32,000 nucleotides of DNA from Oleiphilaceae bacterium J1-3. GTDB taxonomy: Bacteria > Pseudomonadota > Gammaproteobacteria > Pseudomonadales > Oleiphilaceae. The position numbers were made by a program, and so were the translations under genes. The notes beneath the pieces were generated by a model, which saw only the letters and a program-made list of their open reading frames with translations, searched no databases and was not told the DNA's origin. Location of the stretch: assembly GCA_051208035.1 (NCBI GenBank), contig JBPJFZ010000011.1:27895-59894 (forward strand). The letters are read 5' to 3'. Of this stretch, positions 1-10,019 are shown one piece after another. The stretch's first letter is position 1, and each line of letters opens with the position of its first letter.

Positions 1-189
1 GTTATTAAGTGGGCGCAGACATTTAAAGATGGTATCACCGGTACGGAAGTGCTCAGTTTTCAAGAAACAGGTTTCGGCGGCTTCTTTAATATCCCGAATG
101 ACGGTGTGCAGGTTAATTTGCAAGAAGCAATGAATGGTATTCATCGCCAGAGAACTGAATACATTGACCGGGGCAAAGGGCTGTTTTAG
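1..189 (+). CDS. 3' end of an unidentified protein-coding gene (5' part outside the window)
   Basis: Frame 1 is open from base 1 to TAG at 187-189 (...LSFQETGFGGFFNIPNDGVQVNLQEAMNGIHRQRTEYIDRGKGLF*). I do not recognise the family. Confidence 0.4.
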   Translation, partial: VIKWAQTFKDGITGTEVLSFQETGFGGFFNIPNDGVQVNLQEAMNGIHRQRTEYIDRGKGLF

Positions 190-235
190 TGTGCGTAACC
201 AATCTTGCACACACCCAAGTGGACTAACTTAATCA

Positions 236-718
236 ATGACAAAAAAATTGCTTTTTGCCCAGGTTTTAGCACACCTGCAGCAGGAATGGGAAAACCTGGT
301 GCAGGCTGCTAAAGAGGCACACTCGACCGCTACGCATCCTGAGTCGGCTGCTGAAAACAAGTATGACACATTTGGATTAGAGGCAGCTTACCTCGCAGAA
401 GGGCTGTCTCGACGTGTCGCCGAACTAAAACAAACGATGCAGGCTTACAGCAATTTGCCATTACGTGATTTTAAAGGTGCCAATATTGCGCTGGGGGCGC
501 TAGTAGAGCTGGCAGATCAAAATAATCAGGTTGTGCACCGTTTTCTTATTGGTCCCGGTGGTGCCGGTGTGGCGGTGACTGAGTCTGGCATCACCTACAA
601 GGTTATTACTCCCTCATCACCATTGGGCCAGCAACTGATAGGTAAAGAAGAAGGGGATGAGGTTAACCTGTTGATTAACGGGTCAACCATAACCTTTGAA
701 ATCTATTCTGTTTACTGA
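236..718 (+). CDS. GreA/GreB-family transcription elongation factor-like protein (Rnk/Gre C-terminal domain type)
   Basis: 160-aa ORF. The C-terminal ITPSSPLGQQLIGKEEGDEV...I resembles the Gre-factor C-terminal S-x-SPLG-x-AL-x-GK-x-GD motif. The N-terminal half is predicted helical. Confidence 0.75.
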   Translation: MTKKLLFAQVLAHLQQEWENLVQAAKEAHSTATHPESAAENKYDTFGLEAAYLAEGLSRRVAELKQTMQAYSNLPLRDFKGANIALGALVELADQNNQVVHRFLIGPGGAGVAVTESGITYKVITPSSPLGQQLIGKEEGDEVNLLINGSTITFEIYSVY

Positions 719-750
719 TTCGGCAGGTCTTTCTTTTACGTGTTTTCGCC

Positions 751-2808
751 TTAGGCACTTTGATGCGCTTCTGGTTCGAGCAACACTTTCTCACGCAAGC
801 CTGCATAGCGGGTAACCGTTTGCTCCACAGCAAAGCGCCACACATGTTGGCGAGAAAAAACGTCCAACTTGGTTTTGGCTCTGGTGACCGCTGTGTAAAT
901 AAGCTCCCTTGATAATAATCGACCAGGCTTTGCAGGTAATACTAATGCCACTTGATCAAATTCTGATCCCTGCGTTTTGTGAATGGTCATCGCGAATACG
1001 CTTTCAACTTTGGGCAATCGCGCCAAAGAAACCCATTTGATGCCGCCATCGCTGTTAAAAAATGCCGCCTGTAAACGCGCTTGTACCGTAGCGGCTTGGT
1101 TATCGAAAGACTCCTCAGCTGTCTCGCGTCGCCATATCATGCCGATATCGCCATTGTATAAGCCGCTGGCATAATCGTTTTCTGTCACCATGACAGGGCG
1201 CCCATGGTAGTGAGAGGCAGTGCGTTGAAGATTTTTTTTAGCTGGCAATTGGATGAGCTTATTCTTCCAAAGCATTTGCTCAATCTGTGCGTTAAGCTCG
1301 GTTACGCCCATTGGACCAATCCGCGTCGCGGTCAGGATACGAAAGCGGCCAAAAATCGTTAGCGCTTTCGCAACAGTGTCTGCTTTTAGGTAGTCTCGAT
1401 ATAGTGGCAGGTGGTGTTGATGTAACCAGTTTAGAAATTCTGTCTGATCCAGTTCTGCGGCGCCAGCGCCCGTTGCCTCTGCAACTTTGTGCAATCCCAA
1501 TTCTGCATTTTTTTCTTCCAATATCTTCCAGCTGCCGTAAGCATCCCCTTTAATAATTGCTTTGGCGAGGTTGCCGATACCGCCATCAGAACGAAAGCGA
1601 TAGCTTTCTTGCAGCAGGGTGACATGATCTGCGCTAACAGCTTGCGATTGATCAGACACTTGTGGTGTTTGCCTAACATTACCCCCATCAATGGACTGGA
1701 TTAATTCGCAACGATTATGCGAGTAGCCCGGGTGCGGGCGAGAAACGAGTTCTGCCAGCACACTGCCGGTTTCGACGGAGGGTAGCTGGTCGGCGTCACC
1801 CAGTAGAATGACATGGGCATGATCTGGCAGTGCGCGAAAAAGCCGGGTCATCATAGGGAGGTCGATCATCGATGCTTCGTCAACCACCAGTATATCGAGG
1901 TCGAGCAGGTTCTCTTCATGGTGTCGAAATTGGTAATGATTGGGAGTGTAACCCAGTAACCGATGCAGGGTGCTGGCTGTAGACGGAATAAGCGATAGCA
2001 ACTCAGGGTCTGCTAGTTCATTTGTTAAAAATTCTTGTTTTTTTGCCGTGATAGATTCTTGCAAACGTTGTGCAGCTTTCCCTGTAGGGGCTACCAGTTT
2101 TATTTTTACTTCGTTTTGTTGTAGCCGGTTTAACGCAAGCAGTGCCAGCAGTAATTTTGTAACCGTGGTGGTTTTCCCTGTGCCGGGGCCGCCGGCAATA
2201 ATGCCTAATTGCTGATACACACTATTGATGACTGCCACCTTTTGCCAATCGATCGCTGCAGCGTCGTGCTGTAGCGGGAAGAGCTTATCAACGACAGACT
2301 TGACCTCTGCAGCATGGTAATGGGTGGCGCTGTTAATAAAGTGTCGCAGGCGCGTTGCCAGGTCTTGTTCAAACCGCCAGTAGCGCCTTAAGTAGAGCCT
2401 GTCTTTTTCAAGCACGATCAAACTGTTGTGGTGATCAAGCAGTCCGGTAGTCTTAAGCATATCCCTCCAGACACTTACCTCGGGAAAGCGCTTCAGGTTC
2501 CGAGTCTCAGTATTTGGCACTTCATCTTCACTATCAATTAGTCGTAACGATTGTCCACTGGTATAAGCCAGCTGCAAGCAACTGTGCCCACCGCGTAACG
2601 ATTGGCTTAATCGCACCATGGTGTAAAAAAGGGTATCAGTGACAGTGCTAGCAGACAGACACAAGTCTCGCGCCAGGTAGTAGTCAATTGCTTGGTTATC
2701 CGACTGTTCTGCAAGAAAAGCGGCACAACTTGGCAACTCATACTGCTCGTCGGCATTATGGTTGATAGCGTTTGGCGATGGTGCGAGGGATGATTGATTA
2801 ACGGTCAT
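751..2808 (-). CDS. recD: Exodeoxyribonuclease V alpha subunit RecD
   Basis: 685 aa with Walker A GGPGTGKTTTV, Walker B LVVDEASMID and C-terminal AMTIHKTQGSEF (SF1 helicase motifs typical of RecD). Its ATG overlaps the recB stop (ATGA at 2805-2808). Confidence 0.95.
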   Translation of the reverse strand: MTVNQSSLAPSPNAINHNADEQYELPSCAAFLAEQSDNQAIDYYLARDLCLSASTVTDTLFYTMVRLSQSLRGGHSCLQLAYTSGQSLRLIDSEDEVPNTETRNLKRFPEVSVWRDMLKTTGLLDHHNSLIVLEKDRLYLRRYWRFEQDLATRLRHFINSATHYHAAEVKSVVDKLFPLQHDAAAIDWQKVAVINSVYQQLGIIAGGPGTGKTTTVTKLLLALLALNRLQQNEVKIKLVAPTGKAAQRLQESITAKKQEFLTNELADPELLSLIPSTASTLHRLLGYTPNHYQFRHHEENLLDLDILVVDEASMIDLPMMTRLFRALPDHAHVILLGDADQLPSVETGSVLAELVSRPHPGYSHNRCELIQSIDGGNVRQTPQVSDQSQAVSADHVTLLQESYRFRSDGGIGNLAKAIIKGDAYGSWKILEEKNAELGLHKVAEATGAGAAELDQTEFLNWLHQHHLPLYRDYLKADTVAKALTIFGRFRILTATRIGPMGVTELNAQIEQMLWKNKLIQLPAKKNLQRTASHYHGRPVMVTENDYASGLYNGDIGMIWRRETAEESFDNQAATVQARLQAAFFNSDGGIKWVSLARLPKVESVFAMTIHKTQGSEFDQVALVLPAKPGRLLSRELIYTAVTRAKTKLDVFSRQHVWRFAVEQTVTRYAGLREKVLLEPEAHQSA

Positions 2809-5800
2809 GAATGCACCTCAGTGTGTGTCCGCTCGTTCTTATTTGATGGGGAATCATCGAGAAATAACTGGTCTAGGCGGTTAATGATGTCTGACGAAAC
2901 AGACGTGTGGAATATACCGGTCGGTTCTGCTTCGTCTTGCCCGTTTTGCAAACCACGCAAGTATAAATAATACACACCACCTAAATGGGTTTCGCACTGA
3001 TAGCCAGGAAGGCACTGCCTTAAGTATCGGTGTAAGGCGAGGGTATAGATTAAAAATTGCAGATCGTAACTGGACGCTTCAATATCTTTTCTAAGTGCTT
3101 CCGTTTGATAGTCAGAGAAGGTAGCACCTAAAAATGTCGATTTATAATCAACGATATAATAGCGATTGTCGTGCTCAAAAATTAAGTCAATGAATCCGCA
3201 CATCATGCCGTTGATTTCATTCTGATTCGGAAGAATAAACGGTGTGTCATCCACAGCGGGCTGAGATTGTCGATGGGCTACTAAGCAATCGAATAATTTG
3301 TCGACTTTTAATTTAGGTATGCTGAAATAAAAGCTGCTTTCTTTAAGCAAGCGATCTTCAGCAATCTGGTTTAGGCTCACACCACAGGGTAGTTCTGTGT
3401 ATAAGCACTCGTTCAGCCAGTTTATTAGTGCTTCCTGCTGGTCGAGTACCAAATGTGAATGGGCAAAAATCAAGTCGTCGCATTCACGCCAGTTTGGTTC
3501 AGAAAAGTTGATGGTTTCCAGCAGGGTATGCAAAAAGTTACCTGCTTCGGCACCTTTGGTAAATTCGAAGCGAATGCCGTTTTCAGCTTGCGGTTGAAGC
3601 GCTGGCGCAAGCTGGCGGTCAGCTTCAGGGTCACGAAGTGTCCTGGATGCCTGCGTGCGTAATTGCCAATGCGCCAGCGATGAAAACGAGTGTATACGCC
3701 ATCGATCGTCCAAGCTTCGTGTGAAAACGCTGGTGTGGGCTGTGGGCTGGTCACTTGCTGCCGTAAGAGCCGTCGCCACAGGTTGAAAGCGGTCACCTTC
3801 AATGGTGTTTAATGAAATCGCCTCGGGTTGTTTAGCCTGGTGATCGGCCAGCCTTGCTAATAGCGTTGGCGGTTCGGCATCGGGTAAGTTGAGCATTAAA
3901 CCCAATGGTGAAAGATGTCCATCGGCAAAGGCGGTAACCGTTAGGTAACAGCGATAGATTGCTCGAGTGATGGCCACATACAGCAAACGCACATCTTCGG
4001 CTTGTTGTTCTTCTTCGTACCAGTCAAATATTCGGCTGTTATCACCTAAAAAGGTACTGGCACAGTAATTATCCCGATGGTGATAAGTCATTGTTAACGA
4101 ACGTTTCGTCCTCTTACTGAAATACGACGCAAAGGGCACGAAGACAATAGGGTACTCCAGTCCTTTTGAGCCATGTTGCGTCACAATCTGAATAAGGTTG
4201 TCGTCACTTTCCAAGCGTAGTTCGTTGTCACTGGCTTTGGATGGTGTGGACAGTTCACTTTCAAACCAGGCCAGCAACGTTTCAGGCAACGTATGTTCAA
4301 CGCTGGCTGTTTGTAACAGCTCTAAAAGGTGCAGCGTATTGGTGAGCGATCTTTCGCTGCTTGCTGAGTTTGGCTGGTAGCTGGTTTCCATCAGTGTAAA
4401 AACCATTGGCATTAAACCTTGATGCAGCCATTGTTCGCGCAAGGATACAAACTGCTCCCGCAAGGCTTCCCAGCGTATTTCATCTTCACTTAAACCAGCC
4501 AGATCAACAGGTGTTAATCCAAAAAACTCCGTCGACAAGGCAGCGATCATTTTGCGGGTGTTTTCAAGCTCAAGTACACCTGCTAACAATCGCTGTAGCG
4601 CAACCGCTTCTTTTGATTCAAAGACATTGTCTTTGGCGCTTAAATACACCGATGAGATACCTGCATCGGCCAATGCCGCTTGCATTTCGGCGGCTTCGTT
4701 TTTATTACGTACCAGTATGGCAATGTCATTGGCGCTTAATGCTTTAGTTCCGATCCCAGTGGTGCCACTTAGCAAGAAACTTATTTCGGTTGCACACCAA
4801 TTAGCAATCACTGTCTGAAATGCTTTCGTATGTGGAGGGTTGGTTTTTTTCGTGTTTTTAGGCTGATATTTTTCATTGGGTGGAAAATAAACAAATGCCA
4901 GCGCATGATGTTTCACGCTAGACGCCAGGGTGGTCTCCTGTAGAGGATGCTCCGCAGTCTTGTTGGAAGCCGCAACGGCGGCATACTCAATACCAAAACG
5001 AAAGACCGCATCCGGACTGTCATTACTTAGACCAGTAAATAGTTGGTTGTAGCCTTGCACCAGTGCTGGCGTTGATCGCCAGTTGGTATCCATATACCAG
5101 TGATGCGTTGCCAGTTTACGGGCGTTAAGATAAGCAAATACATCGCCGCCGCGAAATCCGTAAATTGCCTGTTTGGGGTCGCCTATCATAAACAGGGCTA
5201 CAGCGTTAGACGGAGCAGGGTAGATGGCGTCAAACAGCTCAAATTGTGATTGATCCGTGTCCTGAAACTCATCTACCAGGGCTACCGGGTACTGTTGTTG
5301 CAGTGCCAGCGTTAACCGGTCTTTCCCTGGGGATTGGTATAATGCATGGTGCAGCGAATTGATCAGATCATTAAAGTCAAACTGATTGCGTTTTTGCTTT
5401 GCGGTAGCAATGCGTGTCCGGCACCAGTTTATGGCCTCTGCCGCCAAATTAATCGCTTTTAATTTTTGCAGTTGCGCAAAAGGGCCAGATTTAGATGTGT
5501 CGCACAGTTCTTTCAACGGCGTTAGTAACGGCTTTACCGCCTTTGGCATATATTTAAAAAACGCCCCTTCAACAGACGGGGGTGGTATATCCGACGCTGC
5601 ATCCAGCCAGCTGATTAATTGCGCCAGCTCATCTTGTCCCTGGCTGCCACCTTTCGTATCGGCATAGGCCATTAATTCTGGCATGTGGCCTACCAATTCC
5701 GACGCGATCCTTTCTTTTAATGCTTGGAACGCTTTGGCGGCGGGTTCAACATCGTCATATTCGAATGGCTCTTTTGTATAGATAAGATTTGCAAATTCGT

Positions 5801-6338
5801 TTAAAAAGCTTTCCGGCGCTGCCCATTCAGCCTCGACAAGGTGATAGGCGCTAGCGTTAATGGCCAGACGTCGATACCAGTCCCGCACGGCTTCTAACGA
5901 TATTTCTTTGGTATCCACTTCCATTTGTGCATCAAACGTCATGCCTGTTTCGAATGCCCGTTGTGTGAGTGCCTGTTTACAAAAGCCATGAATCGTATAG
6001 ACCGCTGCTTCATCCAGATTAAGCAGGGCTTCATCCAGTAAAACTTTGGCTTCTGCAATGTCTGTGCGTTGCTGCAAGTCGAAGAAAAATCCCTCATCCG
6101 GTTGATAATTCCCCCAGTTTGCCAGGCATTCCCGTAAAACGCTGGCAATACGACCTTTTAGTTCTTCTGTGGCGGCGCGGGTAAACGTTACAACCAGTAT
6201 TTGTTGTACCGACAGTTTTTTTTCGAGCAAAAGGCGAATGTAGAGCAGGGTGATATTGTAAGTTTTGCCCGTGCCCGCACTGGCCTCAATAAGATGACGA
6301 CCAGCGAGGGGCAAGTTAAGCGCGTCTAGTTTTTTCAT
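2805..6338 (-). CDS. recB: Exodeoxyribonuclease V beta subunit RecB (helicase-nuclease)
   Basis: 1177 aa. The N-terminal LIEASAGTGKTYNI matches UvrD/RecB motif I, followed by VDEFQDTD and a C-terminal nuclease region (GFIDLIFEHDNRYYIVDYKS). Sits between recC and recD. Confidence 0.95.
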   Translation of the reverse strand: MKKLDALNLPLAGRHLIEASAGTGKTYNITLLYIRLLLEKKLSVQQILVVTFTRAATEELKGRIASVLRECLANWGNYQPDEGFFFDLQQRTDIAEAKVLLDEALLNLDEAAVYTIHGFCKQALTQRAFETGMTFDAQMEVDTKEISLEAVRDWYRRLAINASAYHLVEAEWAAPESFLNEFANLIYTKEPFEYDDVEPAAKAFQALKERIASELVGHMPELMAYADTKGGSQGQDELAQLISWLDAASDIPPPSVEGAFFKYMPKAVKPLLTPLKELCDTSKSGPFAQLQKLKAINLAAEAINWCRTRIATAKQKRNQFDFNDLINSLHHALYQSPGKDRLTLALQQQYPVALVDEFQDTDQSQFELFDAIYPAPSNAVALFMIGDPKQAIYGFRGGDVFAYLNARKLATHHWYMDTNWRSTPALVQGYNQLFTGLSNDSPDAVFRFGIEYAAVAASNKTAEHPLQETTLASSVKHHALAFVYFPPNEKYQPKNTKKTNPPHTKAFQTVIANWCATEISFLLSGTTGIGTKALSANDIAILVRNKNEAAEMQAALADAGISSVYLSAKDNVFESKEAVALQRLLAGVLELENTRKMIAALSTEFFGLTPVDLAGLSEDEIRWEALREQFVSLREQWLHQGLMPMVFTLMETSYQPNSASSERSLTNTLHLLELLQTASVEHTLPETLLAWFESELSTPSKASDNELRLESDDNLIQIVTQHGSKGLEYPIVFVPFASYFSKRTKRSLTMTYHHRDNYCASTFLGDNSRIFDWYEEEQQAEDVRLLYVAITRAIYRCYLTVTAFADGHLSPLGLMLNLPDAEPPTLLARLADHQAKQPEAISLNTIEGDRFQPVATALTAASDQPTAHTSVFTRSLDDRWRIHSFSSLAHWQLRTQASRTLRDPEADRQLAPALQPQAENGIRFEFTKGAEAGNFLHTLLETINFSEPNWRECDDLIFAHSHLVLDQQEALINWLNECLYTELPCGVSLNQIAEDRLLKESSFYFSIPKLKVDKLFDCLVAHRQSQPAVDDTPFILPNQNEINGMMCGFIDLIFEHDNRYYIVDYKSTFLGATFSDYQTEALRKDIEASSYDLQFLIYTLALHRYLRQCLPGYQCETHLGGVYYLYLRGLQNGQDEAEPTGIFHTSVSSDIINRLDQLFLDDSPSNKNERTHTEVHS

Positions 6339-9300
6339 GCGTGTGACTCCCTCTGAGCGGCAGTGTTGATCGCATCAGATTGGGGCACCCTAATGTTTGT
6401 CAGAATGTTTTTAACTTCTTCTGCCGACCAGCTCTCTAATGATGACATTGCCATACCATAAAGCGATTCTGCATAGCCAATAAGATGCTCATCATAAACC
6501 GGCGGCACCTGCCAAAAGTAAGCATAATAAGGGTCGTAAATTAACCCCTGCTGCTGAAAATCGGCCTGCCAGTAGTTGGCGTAGTGGCTGGCAGAAAATT
6601 TTTCATTGGTCAGTATCTCTTTAGCGAGGTCTGCGTTAACAAAACAGGGCTGGGTTAATCCCTTGTGCCAATAATGCAGCCATTTTTGCAACTCACTGGC
6701 TGCGTCTTGTACCGGTGCAAAGCCTTGTAAACTGGGTTGATTACCTTTCGCTCTAAATACGCCAATGGTATGTGTTGGCCCGCGGGTAATATTGGCCATT
6801 AAATGATGCAACCAAAGATTGACGATGTCTTTGCCTTTTATATCAGCCAGGCGCCAAAACAGCAGAACTGAGTTTGAAAGGCTTTCGCCTTCAGTGGCTG
6901 TTTTAGTGGCTAAAGCGGTGCCTGTAAACGTTAACAGGGGCAGGCGTGCATGTATCACTGACTCTCCGGATGTTGTTTGTACTCGCGTATCCATTACGGT
7001 GCCTGCGCCAATTTCCTGTAGTTGCGCGGTAAATTGCAGCGCCTGCTCACGCCATTCTTCAAGTTGTATTGCCATCGTGGGTGTGGCGGGTAAGTGCCCG
7101 GCCAGTAAGCTTAACCGAGTGACCTCATCAGTTTCTAACGCATCATTAGTTGCGGCTATCGTGACATTAGCTGGTGTGCGTGCCTGTTTTAGTTCGTGGC
7201 TGATATAGTGGCTTTGGGTTTTATATCGATCAAGGTTATTGGTTGTAAAGGGTTCGCTATCTGCTGCTAGAGCGCCGCTGTCATCATCCAAATACAACCC
7301 CAGCCGTTTGCGCGCAAAACCTTTTGGCGGGTTATTAAAAAACGTGACTAAATCAGCAATATCGATAGCCTCATTCAGACTATTTGAAATGTCCGGCAAC
7401 ATTGTTTCTGTGCTTGTGTCGCTTACCTGCTTGGCATCTTGGCCCAGGGTGAGCCATTTGCCATCGTAACTGCTAAAAGGCGGTTGATAGTTTTTTTCAT
7501 TAAATGGCTGCAATGGCAATTTACGTAACACACCAGAAAGCATTACCTCGTTCTCTTTAGAGGAGTGCCAATAACCCTTTTGCAGATAATGCGACAGCTC
7601 GGCTAACACGAGGGAAGGCTGTTTTTCGGTGTTGTTCTTGGCATCATTACCTTGGTAGCTGAGGTAGAGCGCATCTCTGGCCGAAACCAGCGCCTCAAGA
7701 AACAGGCACCTGTCTTCATCCCGCCGGGATCGGTCACCTTTACGTCGGGGTGACTGGGCCAAAAGATCAAATCCATAAGGCGGGCGTTGGCGAGGAAACT
7801 CACCATCATTCATCCCCAACACGCCAATAATCCGAAAGGGAATACTGCGCATTGGCAGCATTGAACAAAAGGTTATCTGCCCTGTCATAAACTGTCGGCC
7901 CTGCTCGGGTTGACTAAACTGGTGCTCGAGAAAGTAGCTAACAATTTCGAGTGGAATTTTATCGCCGTAACCGGCTTGCAGGGTATTTTCGGCAAGTTTG
8001 CCAATGGCTTCCTGAATCGTTTCTGCGGCGATTAGCTCATCATTCTCTGGCGTAAAATAATTATCGAAGAGCTCGGTCAGCCACAGTTGCCATTGCTGAG
8101 CGGTACGTTCAGTACGGTGATAAACACTAGACTGGGAAAGCTGCTCAATCAGTCGTATAAGGTTGCCCAATTTTATCGCGTTATCACCTTCCACCCAGGG
8201 CAGGTAGATCTGGTTGCCAACCAACGCTTTATCATCACCATAAGCAAAGCCCCGTAGCAATCGCTCCAACCCCTGCTGCCAGGTAAACTGTGTTGTTGCC
8301 CATTGCTCAATGTTTTCAGGCGGGTGCTCGCGGGTCATCTCGGTAGCCAACAAGCGGGATTTGTGCTCGCCATTTAACCCCCAGTGCACCGCCGCATCAC
8401 TTAGCCAGACTTCATAAAGCTGAAGATCTTCATCATTGATATTAAACTTATTCTGGATGGCATTAAGGCGCAGGTAACCCAGAATCTCGCTAATTTGAAA
8501 CCGGCTGTCTGGCAGTTTTAACAGGTTAAGATAAGCCTGAATCAGGGGGTTGCTATCGCTTTCTTTCCTGTCGGCAATCGAACAGGGGAGTTTGGGCTGC
8601 TGAGGATTAAAAGGTAAAGAGGTTGGGTTAAAAACAGACTGAATATAGGGCGCATATGCCTCAATCTGCGGGCACATTATGATGATGTCTTGCGGGTTTA
8701 GCGTGCTGTCGGCGTCAAGTTTTGCCAACAACCAGTCGTGCAGCGCCTGTATTTCGCGCAAATGGCTATGGGCGGAGGTAATGCTTATGCTGTCGTCGAC
8801 GGCGGCATCTGTTTGTTGTCGTGCATCGGTTAAATGGAATAAATCATTTTGCAGTCGATGTAGAACAGTTGTCCGGTCGGGGCGTTGGTAAACCTGCTCA
8901 TCCTGTAAAGAGGCGTTATTGTACAAAATCTCGAAAAACTCCTGAGACTGACGCCCCAGTGCGGCTAAAATCGGGTTGCCGGTTTCAAATGGCAATGCAG
9001 AGAAAAGAGAGTCGGTGACGTTAAGGGTGGTACTTTCTGCTTCTGGTTCTGCTTCTGCTTTTTTTCGTAAATGCTGGCCTTTTTTACGAGCCAGTTCTTT
9101 TTCGCTGATCAGGTCAAACCAGTATTCTTCAGAAGGGTTTAATAAAAACAACGTGATGTTTTGCTGTTTGGATAACTCGAAAAGGAAGTCAACATACAGT
9201 GGTGGCATTGAATTGATGCCGAAAATATAGACCTCTTTAGGCAATTTATGGCGAATCTGCCGAAGTTCAGCCTGTGCCTTTTTAATGAGCTTAATCGGGT

Positions 9301-9838
9301 TATAAATGCTGTTAGCATCAAGGTTGTTCCATAGCAGCGCTTGCCAGTGATCAGCGGTTTCCTTTTCCCAAGACTCGATCCAATCGGGACGGTACATCCA
9401 ATATTGTTCAAAAAGATCCGCTTGCGCTTGCGCCAGTTGAAAACGTTTAAGTGACTGCTGAGCTGCCGTATTATGACTGTTAAACCAGTAGTCTGACGGC
9501 TCTTGCATCAGCGGATGATTAAGAATTTGATCTTCACCTAAGGTGTCGTAGATGTTCCAGACCAACAGCTCGCGACTGAATGGATTGGTACGGGGAGCAT
9601 CGGGCACACAAAGGCGGATTATCTGCCAGAGATAACTGGCGACAAGTGAATACTTGATATTCATGCATACGCCACCGGGAACGGCATCGGCCATTTGCAT
9701 GTTAAGCCAATGCTGCATGCCACGGTTTTGCACAATGATTTGCGTCGTTTGCAATGGATGCGCGCCTGAGCGAAGAATCTTTTCGTGCAGTTTGGCTACC
9801 AAGGTTTCCATCTTGTTGCCGGAATAAAGTTTAAGCAT
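6335..9838 (-). CDS. recC: Exodeoxyribonuclease V gamma subunit RecC
   Basis: 1167 aa. The N-terminus MLKLYSGNKMETLV...IIVQNRGMQHWL is typical of RecC. Its stop overlaps the recB ATG (ATGA at 6335-6338). Confidence 0.95.
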   Translation of the reverse strand: MLKLYSGNKMETLVAKLHEKILRSGAHPLQTTQIIVQNRGMQHWLNMQMADAVPGGVCMNIKYSLVASYLWQIIRLCVPDAPRTNPFSRELLVWNIYDTLGEDQILNHPLMQEPSDYWFNSHNTAAQQSLKRFQLAQAQADLFEQYWMYRPDWIESWEKETADHWQALLWNNLDANSIYNPIKLIKKAQAELRQIRHKLPKEVYIFGINSMPPLYVDFLFELSKQQNITLFLLNPSEEYWFDLISEKELARKKGQHLRKKAEAEPEAESTTLNVTDSLFSALPFETGNPILAALGRQSQEFFEILYNNASLQDEQVYQRPDRTTVLHRLQNDLFHLTDARQQTDAAVDDSISITSAHSHLREIQALHDWLLAKLDADSTLNPQDIIIMCPQIEAYAPYIQSVFNPTSLPFNPQQPKLPCSIADRKESDSNPLIQAYLNLLKLPDSRFQISEILGYLRLNAIQNKFNINDEDLQLYEVWLSDAAVHWGLNGEHKSRLLATEMTREHPPENIEQWATTQFTWQQGLERLLRGFAYGDDKALVGNQIYLPWVEGDNAIKLGNLIRLIEQLSQSSVYHRTERTAQQWQLWLTELFDNYFTPENDELIAAETIQEAIGKLAENTLQAGYGDKIPLEIVSYFLEHQFSQPEQGRQFMTGQITFCSMLPMRSIPFRIIGVLGMNDGEFPRQRPPYGFDLLAQSPRRKGDRSRRDEDRCLFLEALVSARDALYLSYQGNDAKNNTEKQPSLVLAELSHYLQKGYWHSSKENEVMLSGVLRKLPLQPFNEKNYQPPFSSYDGKWLTLGQDAKQVSDTSTETMLPDISNSLNEAIDIADLVTFFNNPPKGFARKRLGLYLDDDSGALAADSEPFTTNNLDRYKTQSHYISHELKQARTPANVTIAATNDALETDEVTRLSLLAGHLPATPTMAIQLEEWREQALQFTAQLQEIGAGTVMDTRVQTTSGESVIHARLPLLTFTGTALATKTATEGESLSNSVLLFWRLADIKGKDIVNLWLHHLMANITRGPTHTIGVFRAKGNQPSLQGFAPVQDAASELQKWLHYWHKGLTQPCFVNADLAKEILTNEKFSASHYANYWQADFQQQGLIYDPYYAYFWQVPPVYDEHLIGYAESLYGMAMSSLESWSAEEVKNILTNIRVPQSDAINTAAQRESHA

Positions 9839-9886
9839 ATGATTTTTCTTATTTATAAAGTGAGAAACAGTGTACCTAAAGCGTTG

Positions 9887-9924
9887 TTAGATTAAACAAG
9901 ATGTCAGCACTTTAGACTAAACAA
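9887..9924. repeat. Two copies of TTAGAYTAAACAA, 25 bp apart, upstream of recC
   Basis: TTAGATTAAACAA at 9887-9899 and TTAGACTAAACAA at 9912-9924 (12/13 identical), read directly from the sequence. Confidence 0.5.
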
Positions 9925-9949
9925 TTTTTGCGAGGTTATCGCATTCTTC

Positions 9950-10003
9950 TAGCGTCTTAAATTACGTTAGCGTCTTAAATTATGTTTGGGTCTTAAATTA
10001 AAG
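9950..10003. repeat. Three tandem 18-bp direct repeats with core GTCTTAAATTA
   Basis: TAGCGTCTTAAATTACGT (9950-9967), TAGCGTCTTAAATTATGT (9968-9985) and TTGGGTCTTAAATTAAAG (9986-10003). Copies 1 and 2 match at 17/18. Copy 3 matches copy 2 at 13/18. Confidence 0.85.
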
Positions 10004-10019
10004 GGATATCGTGCCGCCC

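Noticed and set aside
189-212. Hairpin GTGTGC-N12-GCACAC right after the stop of the truncated upstream gene
   Set aside because: It has only a 6-bp stem, a long loop and no T-tract. That is too weak to call a terminator or regulatory site.
2805-6338. ATGA stop/start overlaps at recC/recB (6335-6338) and recB/recD (2805-2808), and the absence of ptrA
   Set aside because: This is ordinary translational coupling. ptrA within recBCD is, as far as I know, an enterobacterial arrangement and not a general one.
983-9411. Many 60-130-aa ORFs antisense to or out of frame within recD, recB and recC (for example 4406-4747, 6819-7208, 8976-9230)
   Set aside because: They are fully nested in long, well-supported genes. 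They are low-complexity or Ser/Ala/Cys/Arg-rich, as expected of off-frame translation, and have no motifs or ribosome-binding sites. The same reasoning applies to nested ORFs inside polB, prpB/prpC/acnD, the ABC genes, yegD and the EPS genes.
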